A stretch of DNA of 64,000 nt from Rhizaria sp. SCN 62-66 (Eukaryota), in the NCBI GenBank assembly GCA_001724265.1, contig MEDY01000004.1, positions 248,001 through 312,000 on the forward strand. Direction: 5' to 3'. How positions within the stretch are numbered: position 1 is the first letter of the stretch; each line of letters opens with the position of its first letter. This document shows positions 1 through 12,825 of the stretch, piece after piece. The translations under genes were made by a program, and so were the position numbers. The notes below the pieces were generated by a model. That model did no database searches. It saw only the letters and a list, made by a program, of their open reading frames with translations, and was not told the DNA's origin.

Positions 1-3000
1 ATAGCGCCTCGTCGCGACCGCGGTGGCGGACCCCGATCCCGCGATCCGCCTCGTTATCCTGCGGCTCTTCGCGCGCGACTTTGATCCTTACCTGCTGCAG
101 CCGCGGTACTTGCACGCGCTGTTCGCGCTTGTGCGTGATGCCTCGACCGCGATTCGCCAGGCCGCTCTCGGCATCGTGTGTCGCATTGCGCGCCACTCGC
201 CGGCGTTCATCCTGCCCTTCCTGCAGCAGCTGCTGCTGGAGCTGCTCACCACGGTGCAGAGCGCCACGGAGCCGCGCGCGCGTGAAGAGGCCGCGGGGCT
301 GCTGGCATACATGGCGTCGTCTAACCTGGCGCCGATTCGGCCGTTCATCCCGCCCGTGCTGCGCGTGCTCACGCCTCTTACACCCGACGTGACCTCGGCC
401 GCGGTCACCACGGCGCTGCTGACTAGCATCGGCGCAATGTCGCAGCTAGGTGGCCGCGACGCGTTTCCCCATGTTGCCCCGCTTGTGCCGCTCGTCATCC
501 GCATTTTAATTCACAAGGAGGCCGCTGGAGCACTCTCTGTCGCTGCGGCTGCCGCAGCCTCGTCTTCCACGATGGGAGCTGGCGCTGCGCCCACCGTTCA
601 GTCCGGTATGGCTGCACGCATGGGTGGCGCCGCGCGCGGGGCCGGTGGCTTTGGCGTCGGCGTCGGTAGCCGCGACGTCACGGCTGCCTCGCTCGGCGGC
701 TGGGGCGGCATGGCGGCCGGCGCAGGTGGCTCTGGCCCCATGGTATCGGCGCAGGCGCTCGAGTCCTCGTGCACGATTGCTGCTGCGGCAGCTGCGGCTG
801 CTGCCTCCGCTGCGGCCGGCTACGCGGGCTCTGCTCCCGGCGCTGCGGCGTCGGCTGCTCAGCAACAGGCTGCCGCGTCTGCGGCTGAGCTCACGATGCG
901 CGTGCTGTCTGCGCCGTCACCGCTGCTGCAGGCTGTTCGCCACGACACTGCGCTGCGCACTCTGGCGCAGATCCTTGGTTCTACAGGCTGGGTCGTGTCT
1001 CCCTATTTTCACTTCCCGTACCTGCTCCCACTGCTGCTGATGTTGATCCAGACCACGACAAGTCTAAGTGTGCGTTCTGAGGCCGTCACTGTGCTCGCAA
1101 TCGCGGGTCCGCTGGACCCGCACACGGTGCGCACGCTGCAGTCCGCGGCCGCGTCGGCGCGGCTCTACCGCAACGTGCTACGCCAGGCGGACACGGGCGC
1201 TGCGGCGCTGGACCTGGAGGCGCTCGAGGACGAGGTGAATACGACGCTGCACATCGCTGAGCGCACTGCGGGTCAGCGCGAGTCCTCGCTGCGCTGGCAC
1301 GCTAATAAGGCGGCTGCAGTCGCCGCGGCTGCCGTCGCGAATGCAACCGCTGCTGCCGCAGCCGCAGCCGCGAACGCGCAGAACCTGGCTGCTGAGGAGC
1401 ACAAGCAGGCCGAGATATCGCATCATCACATGGGTACAACTGCTGCTGTCGCCGCCGTCGCGGCCGCCGCAGTTGCCGCCGTCCGCGCCGCAGGCGTCAC
1501 GGCAGTGCACGACGGCCACGCGGCGCGCGTGTACGAGCACACGCTGCGGCTGCGGCAGGCGCTGGCTGTTGTCCTCGCGCCCGGCGCACCGCTGCCCGCG
1601 CGCGGCGACGTCGTGCAGCGCGGGCCGAGCTTTATGGCGACATCGCACGCCGCTGCGCACGCTCGCTGGGTGCACGCCGTGACGGACGAGTCGGGCCACC
1701 AGCCCCCGCTGCGGTACCGCCACTACCAGCACCAGGTCGGCGCGTCCGCTGCCGGGGCCGGTCACGGTAGCCACGGCCACGTCGAGGACGGCCCTGCGGC
1801 CGCTGGCCCGACTGAGGCGTACGGCGCTATGGCGATGAACCCCGCCTCGCCGGTGCCGCAGCAGCCGTGGGAGAACGAGTACCAGGCGCGGCAGTTGGCT
1901 GCAGAGCAGTGGGCCGGCTCGCAGGGTTATGACGCCACTGCGTCGCCGTTGCCCCCGTCTGCGGCCACGCTGAACTCGACCGCACTGTCAAGTGAGAGCA
2001 AGACTGGCGAGGGTGCCGAGGACGAAGCCGTTGGCGAGGTCGTCGAGGGCCGCGGCCGTGGTCGTGGCGTGGCGTTTGCGCACGGCGACATCTCGCCCGC
2101 CACGGCCGCTGCTGGTGCGGCGGGCGAGCGCGCCGAGGACGTCGACGATCAAGAGGTGCGTGACGGCGAGCCCGGCGGCGACGGCGAGGGCGAGGGCGGC
2201 GACGGAGCCGAGTTCTGCGACGCGCGCTTTGAAGGCGAGTACGATACGCAGGACGATAACGGTGACGAAGACAACACGCGCGGTGGCGGTGACGACGGTG
2301 ACGCAGATGGTGCCGGTGCCAGCGGCGATCACGGGGAGGGTGAGGGCGACACCAACGAAGGCGACGGTGACGGTGATGGTGACGTCGATGCTGATACGGA
2401 GGGTGACGACCAACAGTTGTATGAACTTGACACGAGCACTGTGGACGCTGTTGCCTCCGTCCCCGTTTCCAATGTGATGCAGGCTTCCTCTGCTGCTCAG
2501 GTGCGTCTTGCCACGCTTAACACTGCAATTTCATCATCTGCCAGCTCAACTGCGGTCGCCCCAGTCTCGGTTGCAGGTGCCGGGCTTGTGCCCTTTGACC
2601 GCACTGCTCATCTTCCCTCGCGCCGTCGTGGGCGTAGCCAGCGCCGCGCACTGCTGCCCGTGCCGATGCTGCGCTCTGAGCTCCCGTCGCTGGTTCGCGC
2701 CCGTCTTACCACGGCTCTGTTTCAGGCCACGGGTGGGTCTGCACATGTGTATGTCCCGCAATACCACTACATCTCGCTTCTGAGTGCCGCCAACGCGAGT
2801 CTGGTTCCTTTTGCGGCCGCGCACGCCGGTGCAAATGCTGCTGCGCCTCACGCCGCGGGTCCTAACTCAGGTGCCGTCGTTCCCGGTGGCGCTGCCGCTG
2901 CGGGTTCTGGCGCAGTGTCTGTGCTTGAACCGAGTCTGCGCGCGTTCGACGATTCATACCACCGGCGCATTGCGCTCGAGGCGCTGCTGCACATTCTCGG

Positions 3001-6000
3001 TGATGCCGCTCTGGCGCACCACCACAAGAAGGTCGTCGAGGCTGTGATGTTCATCCTGCGGATGTACCCGCGCGACGCACCCGCGCTGCTGGCAGTGGTT
3101 GTGCCCGCGCTTGTGCGCGCTGCGTACGCGTACGACGACGTCATGCGACTCACGATCTGGGAGCAGCTACACGTCATCGTCGCAAGTACCAAGACGCTCT
3201 TCCGGCCGTACTTGCCGGCCGTGGTGCAGCTTTTGTTCGACTGCTGGGGCGCGCTGCATGTGATGCCCGTGCCGTTCCTGTCGCTGATCCAGCGCATGGC
3301 GGCCGTGCTGGGCGGCCACTTTGAGGTCTATCTCGCTGCGCTGATCCCGCGCCTGCTTGCTGCGCTGTCCACGGACGTGTCTCCTGAGAAGGTTGTGTCG
3401 CAGCACACGCTTCGCACTATCCAGTCCTTTGGCCCCGCCATTGCGCCGTATCTGCACATGCTGTTCCCTGCACTCGCGGGGCTTTGGTCGCTACAGGCGA
3501 CGTCGACGTCCCCAACGCTGCGCCTTGTTGCACTGCACACCACAGCCGTCGCAATGCACTCTGTGCCTTGTGGTGACCACGTTACGCGTCTTGTACTCCC
3601 GCTTCTGCAGCTCATCGACACCGCCGCGGTGTCCAACGCACTGCCGGGCAATGCCCAAGGCTCCGCAGCTGCTGCGGCAGCTGCTGCGGCAGCCGCTGCG
3701 ATGTCTGCTCCGTCTGGCGACAAGAGCTCTGGCCTCGCAGCCCTCATGGGCTTTGGTGGCCGCTCTGGCGCGCTAACCGCATCTATCAAGCGTGTGTCAT
3801 TGCGTGATGAGGCACTCCACACGCTCTGCGCACTGATCTATCAGCTTGGCCCTGCATACGCCCACTTCATTCCGCTAACGCACAAGGTGATCACGCGGCG
3901 CCACATTGCGCACCCGCCGCTGGAGTTGCTGCTGCGCCGTATCGTGCTGCAGCAACCGATCCGGCCCGAGGACCTGCCCGCGCCGCTTCCGGGCTGGCCC
4001 GACGCCGGCGCGATTGACCGCGGCGACGCCGAGAATGAGGCCGACACGGTGCTCGGTGCCGCCTTCTCGGCTGGCTCTATGGGCGGGAGCTCGGGCGCGG
4101 CACCGCGCCTGCGGTTGAGCGACCAGAACCAGCAAAGCCTGGTCAAGGTGTGGGACGCCTCGCAGCGCTCGACGGCGGACGACTGGAGCGAGTGGATGAG
4201 GCTCGTCGCCGTCCAACTGCTCAAGGAGTCGCCGTCGCCGCCGCTGCGCGCATGCTCTGTTCTGGCGCAGAAGCATACGCCGCTTGCATTCACTCTGTTC
4301 AACGCAGCCTTTATGTCGTGCTGGCTTGAGCTGTTCGACACCCTTCAGGACCAGCTTATTACTGCTATTGAGACTGCTCTGCGCGCGCCGTTGATTCCCG
4401 TCGAGGTTGTTACCATGCTTCTCAACCTAGTCGAGTTCATGGAGCGCTGCGATAAGCCGCTGCCGCTCGACACGCGTTCGCTTGCACAGTTAGCTGCCAC
4501 GCGCGCCCACGCTGTTGCCAAAGCACTGCGTCTCAAGGAGCAGGAATTCATGTCCTCCGCAAATCCTGCGGGTGCTCTGGAGGCTTTTTTGTCGATGCAC
4601 AGCAGTCTGCGCCAGCCGCAGTCCGCTGCGGGCATGCTCTCGCTCGCGTTGTCGCGCCCAGATCTCGGTATTACGTTGCAACAAAACTGGTACGAGCAGC
4701 TGGAGCTGTGGGACCGCGCTATCGTCGGCTACGAGTATCGTCAGCTCATCGAGCCTCTTGCGCAGGCGAGCGCCACCGGCACCATCTTCATCGAGGCTAG
4801 CTCCCCTGTTGCGGGCTCGCCACCCCCCGGGCTTGCACTTGCGCAGATGCCTCCGCGCCAGTCCGTCATGAGTCCGGCTGGGGGCTCGACCACCACAGTC
4901 GCTGGCGTTCCCGGCAGTGCGGGCTCCGTGCCTGGCGCGGGCTCCGGCTCAGGCGCTTCCGTCAGTAGCAGCACCGGTGGCGGTGTTGTTAGCACCGCGG
5001 TCCACACGCGTGACGGGTTCCACGCTGAGACTATTCTCGGCCGCATGCGCTGTCTCAATGCGCTGGGCGAGTTCAACCGCGTTCTACGTCTTGCTGCCGG
5101 GCTTTGGACTGCCCTTTTGCCGAATACCGACTTGGCTGCGTGGCACAACGTCAGCAGCGCCACTTCGAGCTCGTCCTCCGTGTCATCTACATCGCCAGTC
5201 ACCAGTTCCGTGTCCCCCGGTGCGACGCCTGCACAGGGCGCCGTGTCGCCATCGCTTGGCCCAATGGGTTCACCCGATTCGGGCGCAATGGGTCGCAGCA
5301 ACAGCTACCACGGCGGTGACGGCCTCCCTGGCAGTATCAGCAGCGGCGGGATCCTGACGTCGTTCGACCAGCAGCACCAGCAGGTCCCGTTTGCGGTGTT
5401 CACTGAGATCGCGACGCTGGCCGTCTCTGCGCTGCACCACTTGGGCTCTTGGGGCGACATGGCTCCCTACCTCACGGCGCTGCCAGAGGACTCGCTCGAC
5501 GGCAGTTTCTACCGCCTCATCTACCACGTGCACACACGCGATCTGGCCACAGCGGACCGCTTCCTCGGCAAGGCGCGCGCGTTGCTTGAAGGCGAGCTTG
5601 TTGCTGGTCTCGGTGAGGGATACGCTCGCGCTTACCCCACGATCACGCACCTGCAACAGGTTGTGATGCTTGAAGAGGTGATGCAGTACTGCCGGTTGCT
5701 GCCCCAAGCCGCTGAGCCCGGGCACTCGCCGACACCTCCGCAGGTCGTGCAGTGGCTGCAGCACGAGAGCCACGCGCGCAACACTGCGCTTGTCGCTCTC
5801 TCGCGTGCTGGCACCACAAGCTCTGCTGGTGCTGCGGCTGCTGCGCCCGCGTCTGTGGCTGAGGCTGCGACGCCGCTGCTGCCCCGTCCACTACGGGTTC
5901 TGTCGTTCGGCGAGGTGCCTGCTCCGCGTGTGCCGCCGCTGCCGGCTGGCATGGCCTACTCGGTACATCCCCCCGGCGCCTCTGGCTCCGCTGCGGGCGC

Positions 6001-9000
6001 TGGGCTGTACCCGGGTGCAAGCGAGCGAGCCGCTGCTGCAGCAGCCGCTGCGGCTGCAGTGGGACTTGCAGGCGCGGGCGCGACGCCGTTGCTCGAGCCC
6101 GGAGCCGACGCTGCGCAGGCGGCGCAGCACCGTGCGCTGATCCGCACCATGTGGCTGCGCCGCCTGGCGTGCGCGCCGCGCGATGTGTTTCTGTGGCGCA
6201 AGCTCCTGTCGATCCAGTCGCTGGTGCTGACGGACTCACAGAACACGATCACGTGGCTGCGGTTCGCCGAGCTGTGCCGCGTGCAGCGTCGCCACAACCG
6301 GTCGCTTAACGTCATCACGCGGCTGCTTGGACGCGACCCGCACCTTCCGCCTCCGGGCTTTCACTGGCAGCCCGAATCGGCGTACCAGTCGCCGATCACT
6401 GCCTCAGTGCTCACCGGCTGTCTCCACACGCACCTGCTGCCGTACGGGGCCAACGCGCGCGCTGCAGCAATCTCGGCCGTTGCCGGGTACACCACTCCGC
6501 ACGCTGGCCTTGTGCCTGTCGCACCTGTGACTGGCGGCGCCGGTGCCAGCCACCGTATCGCTGGCACTCGCGGCTCGGTTGTTAGTAGTACTGGATTCGC
6601 ACAAGGCGAGCTTGCGGCTAGCCTGCTGGCGCCGGCACCTAACTCCATGTTCGCCCCGGTCAATTCTGCCTTTTCTGCTATTGGGGCTGGCGGCGCGCGC
6701 GGTAGCGCCGTCTTTGTGCCCACTGGCGCGGGTGGCTATGCAAGTCCTGCCCCGGGCCCCAGCGCACCCCCGCTGCTGCAGCGCACGGGTTCGTCTCTCG
6801 CCGGTGCCGCCCCTGCGGCAGGTGGGCTCGGTGCCCCCAGCAGTGTCCACGTGCAGAGCGAGGGACAGTATGCGATGTACCCATGCCCTTGCGACGACCC
6901 ACGCGTGTCGCTGGGTTACTGCGAGCATCTCTGGGCCACTGGCCGCCGCACGGCAGCGCTGGACCGCGTGTACTATCTTGCGCACGTGCTCGAGTGCATG
7001 GCGGGCTACCACAACCACGTGCACGCAGGCCATGCCCTGCATCACTCCAAGAAGGCTGCAACCACAGGCAGCTTTGTGCCCGCGAAGGGCTTTGCCGCAG
7101 CGTGTGCTCAGACCCTTGCGGCGACTCAGTCAGCCGCTGCTGCCGTGGGCGAGCCCGCACCAAAGTGCGCTGCAGCGGCAAGCGAGTCAGTTTACGGCAA
7201 GGACGGCTATGCTGCTGCGCGTCGGCCGGTGGCCTGGCACAACGGCGGCGCGCCGCTGCAGGACGAGATCCATAATGTGGTGTACGTGCGTCACTTCCCG
7301 CACTGCCACTACCACCCCACGGCCACTGACGCACTGTTCCAGCCCCCGCCGGCGACGACGGCTGCGACTGCGGGCGCGTTTGCCACGCGCCTGCCTCCCG
7401 TGTGGAGCTATGGTATTCCCGAGCCTGCGATGTCTACGGGTTCCGCGTCTTCTGCGACCGCCGCGAGGCTTGCTGAGACGGCGGCCCACCCTGCAGGCCC
7501 CGGCAGTGGACTGGGCGTTGCGCCTGGACTGTACACTGGCCAGGCTGTGCCTGCGCTGCTTCCCGCGGACCCCGCGCGCTGGGCTGTCTGTAGCGTGTCG
7601 ATGTGCCCGCCTGTTGATGAGCATATTGCGGTAACCGGTCCGGCGCCGTCCGAGTGGGTTCCGCTGCCTCCGCTGAAGCCCGCTCAGCGCCGCCGTCTGC
7701 GGCTGCTCTGTGGTAAAGTGTGGTGCGCCATCGGCTCCTGGGCCTTTGAGCTTCTGTCTGACAACCTCGCCGTTGCTGCACAGAAGAAGGATGCTGCTGC
7801 TGCGGGCCGTTTTCCCACTGCGGCACCCGCTCCGATGGCTCCTTCTCCGACTTCTTTTGGTGGGGCTGCTGATGCAGTCGGAGCTGCTGCGAGTGCGGCC
7901 GCCGATGCTGCTGCCGCCGCAGCTGCTGCCTCGTCGGACCCCGCTGCGGGGCTTGCGGCCTGGTCCGTGTTCGTCGAGCGTGAGCGTGCTAAGCGTGCGC
8001 ACACGGTCACCGCACTCAACGGCGTGCTGCAGGCATACCGTCGCGCGGCGACGCACGCGCCCGACTGCTATGAGTCGTGGTACGGCTGGTCCGTGACCAA
8101 CTTCCGTCTCGTGCAACTTATGCAGCAGGTACACGCTGTACTGCTTTCGCACGCGTCGAATGTCATCGATGCCACTGCCGCTGCGGCTGCGTCAGTTCGC
8201 GCGCGCGGCGAGCTCCGTGTTGAGCGTGGGCCTGTGCCAGCGCCGCGCTCTGCCCAGACGGTGCGCTCTGCGCTCAGCACCCGGCTTGCTGGCCGCAAGT
8301 CTGCGGCCTCCGTTGTCGGAACCGATGTATCCGCGAGCAATAGCGGCGCTAATGCTCATACGAACGGTGCGCCTAATGCGAATAACTCGAACGACGCTGC
8401 AGTGCGTGTTAACACCGGCGTCGACGATGAGTCCGCGGCCGCAATTATGAACCGGCCGCATGTTCGCCACGGTTCTATGGTCACTGGGGCCGGCGTTTTC
8501 CACGCCGCACGCGGTGCCGAAGTGCCGAACCTTGCGGCGGCGCTGCCGGATGCCGGAGATGGTGAAGACGGTGACGGCGCCTCCGCCGTTGAGGCTGCTC
8601 TGGCGCTGCTTGAGTCTGAGTCGTCGCGCGCGCTGCGGATGGTGGCGAGCGAGATGCGTCGTCTGCGGTCTGAAGTTACACGGTACGTAGTGGCAGCCAG
8701 CAGTGGTTTCTTCCGCTCTATCCCGCTCACATCGGACCCGTCTGAGGCTATGCAAGACGTTTTGCGTGTTCTCACGCTGTGGTTCCGCTACGGTACTCGC
8801 GCATCTGTGCGTGCTGTGTTCCAGCATGGTTTTGCCACACTGTCCATCGACACGTGGATCCCCGTCATTCCGCAGATTATCGCGCGTATCGACTCGGCAC
8901 CGCCAGCCGTGCGCGCCATGGTTAAGGAGCTGCTCGTGCTTGTCGGTGTTGCACACCCGCAGGCGCTGGTGTACCCTCTGACGGTTGCTGCCAAGACCAA

Positions 9001-11881
9001 GCAGCAAGACCCTCTTGAGGCTGTGCTTAAGGCACACGGCCACGCAGGAGCCGCCGCTGCGCTCGGTGGTGGTGGTGGTGTGTCGGCGCTTTCGTTGGCC
9101 CGTCGCCACTGGACTGCGACCAACACTGCGGCCGAGATTATGTCGTGCCTGCAACAGGATTTCCCTCTGCTTGTTCATCAGGCCGCCGTCGTATCGCACG
9201 AGCTTATCCGCGTCGCATCGCTCTGGCACGAGATCTGGACTGAGGCCCTTGAAACTGCGTCACGTCAATGGTTTGGACAGCATGACGCACTCGCCATGCT
9301 TGCTACGCTGCTGCCACTGCATCACCAGCTGGAGACTGCGCCGGGACCGACGACAGCGAAAGAGCTCGCCTTTGTACAGGCCGTTGGTCGTGACCTTGCT
9401 GAGGCACACAACTGGTGCATGCGCTACCTGGCTGGTTACCTTCGTGGCCGTCCGTGCGATAGTGACATCGGCCAGACGTGGGAAGTGTATTGCTCTGTAT
9501 TCAAGCATCTCACACGTATGATGGTGGCTGCGCCGACTGAGCTCGATCTCCGTTCAGTGTCGCCGCAGCTGCTCGCTGCGCGCGATCTCGAGCTCGCTGT
9601 TCCGGGCACATACGATCCCGCGCAGGGCTCCAGCCGCGCGCGCGTCACACGCATTGCGTACTTCAAGCCGCTAGTGCGCGTGATTGAGTCGAAGCAAAGG
9701 CCGCGTAAGATGGCTCTGGTCGATGATCAGGGTGTTGAACACGCGTTCCTGCTCAAGGGCCACGAGGATCTGCGTCAGGATACGCGTGTCATGCAGCTGC
9801 TCAAGCTTGTCAATGGCTTGTTTGACTCTGACAAGGATGCGGGCACTCGCGAGCTAGATCTCTCTATTCGTGGCTACTCGGTCACCCCACTGTCACCCGT
9901 TGCGGGTCTCATTCAGTGGCTGTCTGGCTGCGACACATTACACGCGCTCATCAAGGAGTATCGCGAGGCGCGTGATGTCTTGCTGAACGTCGAGCACCGA
10001 CTCATGGTGTCGTTGGCACCCGACTGGCAACTGCTCACGGTTGCGCAAAAGGTCGAGGCGTTCGAGTACGCCATGATCAACATTTCTGGTCGCGATCTGG
10101 CCGAAGTCCTTTGGCTCAAAGCGCCCTCATGTGAGGCGTGGCTCGAACGTCGCTCGAACTACACGCGCTCGACAGCCGTGATGAGCATAGTAGGTTACAT
10201 CCTCGGCCTCGGCGACCGTCACCCTTGTAATATCATGATCGACCGCAAGTCCGGCCGCCTCATCCACATCGACTTCGGTGACTGTTTCGAGGTTGCGATG
10301 CACCGTGATAAGTTCCCTGAGCGCGTGCCGTTCCGCCTTACGCGCATGATGATCGGCGCCATGGAAGTGTCGGGCATTGAAGGGACGTATCGTCTTACAG
10401 CCGAAAGCGTGATGCGCGTGCTGCGCAGCAACAAGGAGTCTGTGATGGCGATGCTTGAGGCGTTTGTGTACGACCCACTCATCACGTGGCGTCTCTTTAA
10501 CGCCAACGACAAGAGCATGCACGACAACCCAGACTCAGAGCAGCAACAGGCGCAGCAACAGCAACAGCAGCAGGCGCAGGCGCAGCAGCAGAAGCAACAA
10601 CAGGCGCAGGCCCAGGCCCAGGCACAACAGCAGCAACAACAACAAAAACAGGCTGCAGCACAGGCTGCTGCGGCCGCGGCAGCGAGTCCGAGCGCTCATG
10701 GTGATTCTAACTCGAACGCGCGCCCTGCTACAGCTCAGTCCCCTGCCCTCAGTGGCGCTACAGGCGTTGGCGCGCTGCCTCCTGGTATGGCGGCTGCCAA
10801 CGCTGCCGTCGAGGCTCGCCGCGCGCGCGAGGCTGCCACAGCGGCCGCGGCTGCCGCATCTTCTGCTGCTCACGCAGCAGGTCACGATGCCGATCACAAC
10901 CACGACGGCGAGCGGCATGACCTGTTCCCGTACCCTACTGCTCTCGACACCGGCGATGGTGACGGTGAGAACCTTAGCGATGCCGACGAAGACGAGGACG
11001 AGGATCGCGTCGCTAGCGCTGACGCTGCGGCGGACCTGCTCGAAGCTGCTGCGAACGCCGAAGCCGAAACTCTGGCTGGGCTCACGTCCGCGCTGGGCCA
11101 GCGTGGTGAAGAAGAGGTTGCGCGCTTCGTCGGTACCCTTAAAGTCGTGCGTGGACTTTACGAGGAGTCCGATGACAACGGTGCCAGCGCTAACGCGAAT
11201 GCGACTAACACCATCACTGGCACTGAAGACGCTGATGGCGTCGCTACAGCGGCGCCTGGTGACAAGGACGTTTCACTGAGCAAGGGCCGAGCGGCGCAGG
11301 CCGCTGTGGCTGCTGCATCGGCCGCTGCAGTGGCGGCGGCGACGGCGGCCAGCGAGGCAGCACAGCAGCAGGGCATGGGTGCCAATGCTGCTGCTGTGGC
11401 TGCTGGTGTGGCTAATACGGCCGCCGGTGCCGCTGCTGGCGTACAACCTTCACCTCGGGCCAGCACTGTCAACGGCGCACCTGCTGCCGCTGCCACCGCA
11501 GCTGCAGATGAGGCTGGGAGCGAGGATGACGACGACGACGGTGGTGACATTGGCGACGAAGACGATGATAGCTCTGAGATGCTCAACGCCAAGGCATTGA
11601 GCGTCATTGCTCGTGTTGAGAAGAAGCTCGTCGGGCGTGACTTCTCTGAGATCGCAGCGAGCTCATCAGCCGGTGTTTCAGTCACCATGTTTCTGCCAGT
11701 GGCGGCCCCAGCGGCGGGCAAGAAGCTCGACCTGGAGGGCGACGCGGCCGCGGGCGCTGGTGCGCTGGGCGGTGACGAAGACACGCTGACTGTGGAGGCG
11801 CAGGTTGACAGGCTGATTCAGGAGGCCACCTCTGTTATCTACCTCGCGCAATGTTACATCGGTTGGTGTGGCTTCTGGTAA
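1..11881 (+). CDS. TOR: Target of rapamycin Ser/Thr kinase (PIKK family), 5'-partial; HEAT repeats, FAT, FRB, kinase, FATC
   Basis: Motifs: ADPDPAIR (HEAT), WDASQRSTADDWSEWMR, LLKESPSPPLRAC, FRB WHEIWTEALETASRQWFG, kinase LLKGHEDLRQD / GLGDRHPCN / IHIDFGDCFE, and FATC VEAQVDRLIQEATS...CYIGWCGFW followed by TAA 11879-11881. The frame (codons start at 2) begins mid-protein, so the N-terminus lies upstream of the window. Confidence 0.97.
10541..10651 (+). repeat. CAG/CAA/GCG-rich repeat encoding a poly-Gln / Gln-Ala tract between the TOR kinase and FATC domains
   Basis: QQQAQQQQQQQAQAQQQKQQQAQAQAQAQQQQQQQKQ. Confidence 0.85.
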
Positions 11882-12297
11882 ACAAGCTTCTTCAGCACTT
11901 ATCTATTATCCTTACACATTTAAGCGTTGTATTATGATTTAAATTCTAATTATGTATTCGTATTCCCAGTTCTAAATAGATAACCCTTAATATCACTAAG
12001 AAAAACTCGGTATTTGTAATCTGACCACAAATGTTTCAAATGCAAGGCGACGAGGCCAACAGGATGGGCCACGAGCTTGATGAAAAAAGACACAATTGTT
12101 TACTTGCACCTCATATCGTCAACAAGTTTGGTTGATTGATCTATCTATCTAGAAGTTTATTAACCCACACACCTATTTCTATCTTTGACAACGGAGTTTG
12201 TGATGACAACTATTCATGCTTGGCGTCTCGTCATCTCACAACGGCCCCTTCGATCTGTCTTCTTTTGAGCCTCACCTGGCTACAGAGCTGTATAACC

Positions 12298-12825
12298 ATG
12301 GTTGAGATTTCTCGTACCGTGCTTTTCGTTCTGTCGACCATCTGTCTGTCAGTTGGCCTTGCTCTCATCATTCTAGGTGTACGTCCGCACACATAGTCGT
12401 TCTCTTTGATCAACACTACCCTCAACTCTCACTGAAGATTCTCGTGACGTGAGCATGCTTCAGTCCTGAAACAACGTCTCACACCACTACTCATCTTCCT
12501 CTACACATGCGTTGTTCCTTACATTTTTTTTCAGGCTGCCGTCGACAAGGCCTACTGGCTTTTCGCGATCTTCATCCCTCTCTTCCTTGTCCTCGTGCCA
12601 CTACTCTTTTGCCGTCCCCGCGCTGATGGTGAGCCCAGTTTCCTCGAGACATTAGGATACTTCACGCTTGGTGCCCTCCTTGTGTCCATCTTCGCGCCTA
12701 TTGTTGTCATGAGTCGTGTTGACGCGATCACCATGCTCGCAACGGGTCTGGGTATTGTGGGGGCGGTGTTCATGCTCGCTGCAGGCGGCCTTGGTGCCTG
12801 GGCCTCCACTAAGGATTCATATTAA
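12298..12825 (+). CDS. VPS55: Vps55/LEPROT family small four-TM endosomal protein, 2 exons (12298-12378, 12535-12825), 123 aa
   Basis: A phase-0 intron 12379-12534 (GTACGT...TTTTTTCAG) joins MVEISRTVLFVLSTICLSVGLALIILG to AAVDKAYWLFAIFIPLFLVLVPLLF...LGYFTLGALLVSIFAPIVVM. The pattern matches Vps55 (LGCAL..YWP.F....P.P; FLT.G.VVS.F..P.V). Stop is TAA. Confidence 0.8.
12379..12534 (+). other. Spliceosomal intron (Vps55)
   Basis: GTACGT donor, polypyrimidine tract and CAG acceptor; restores the frame. Confidence 0.85.
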
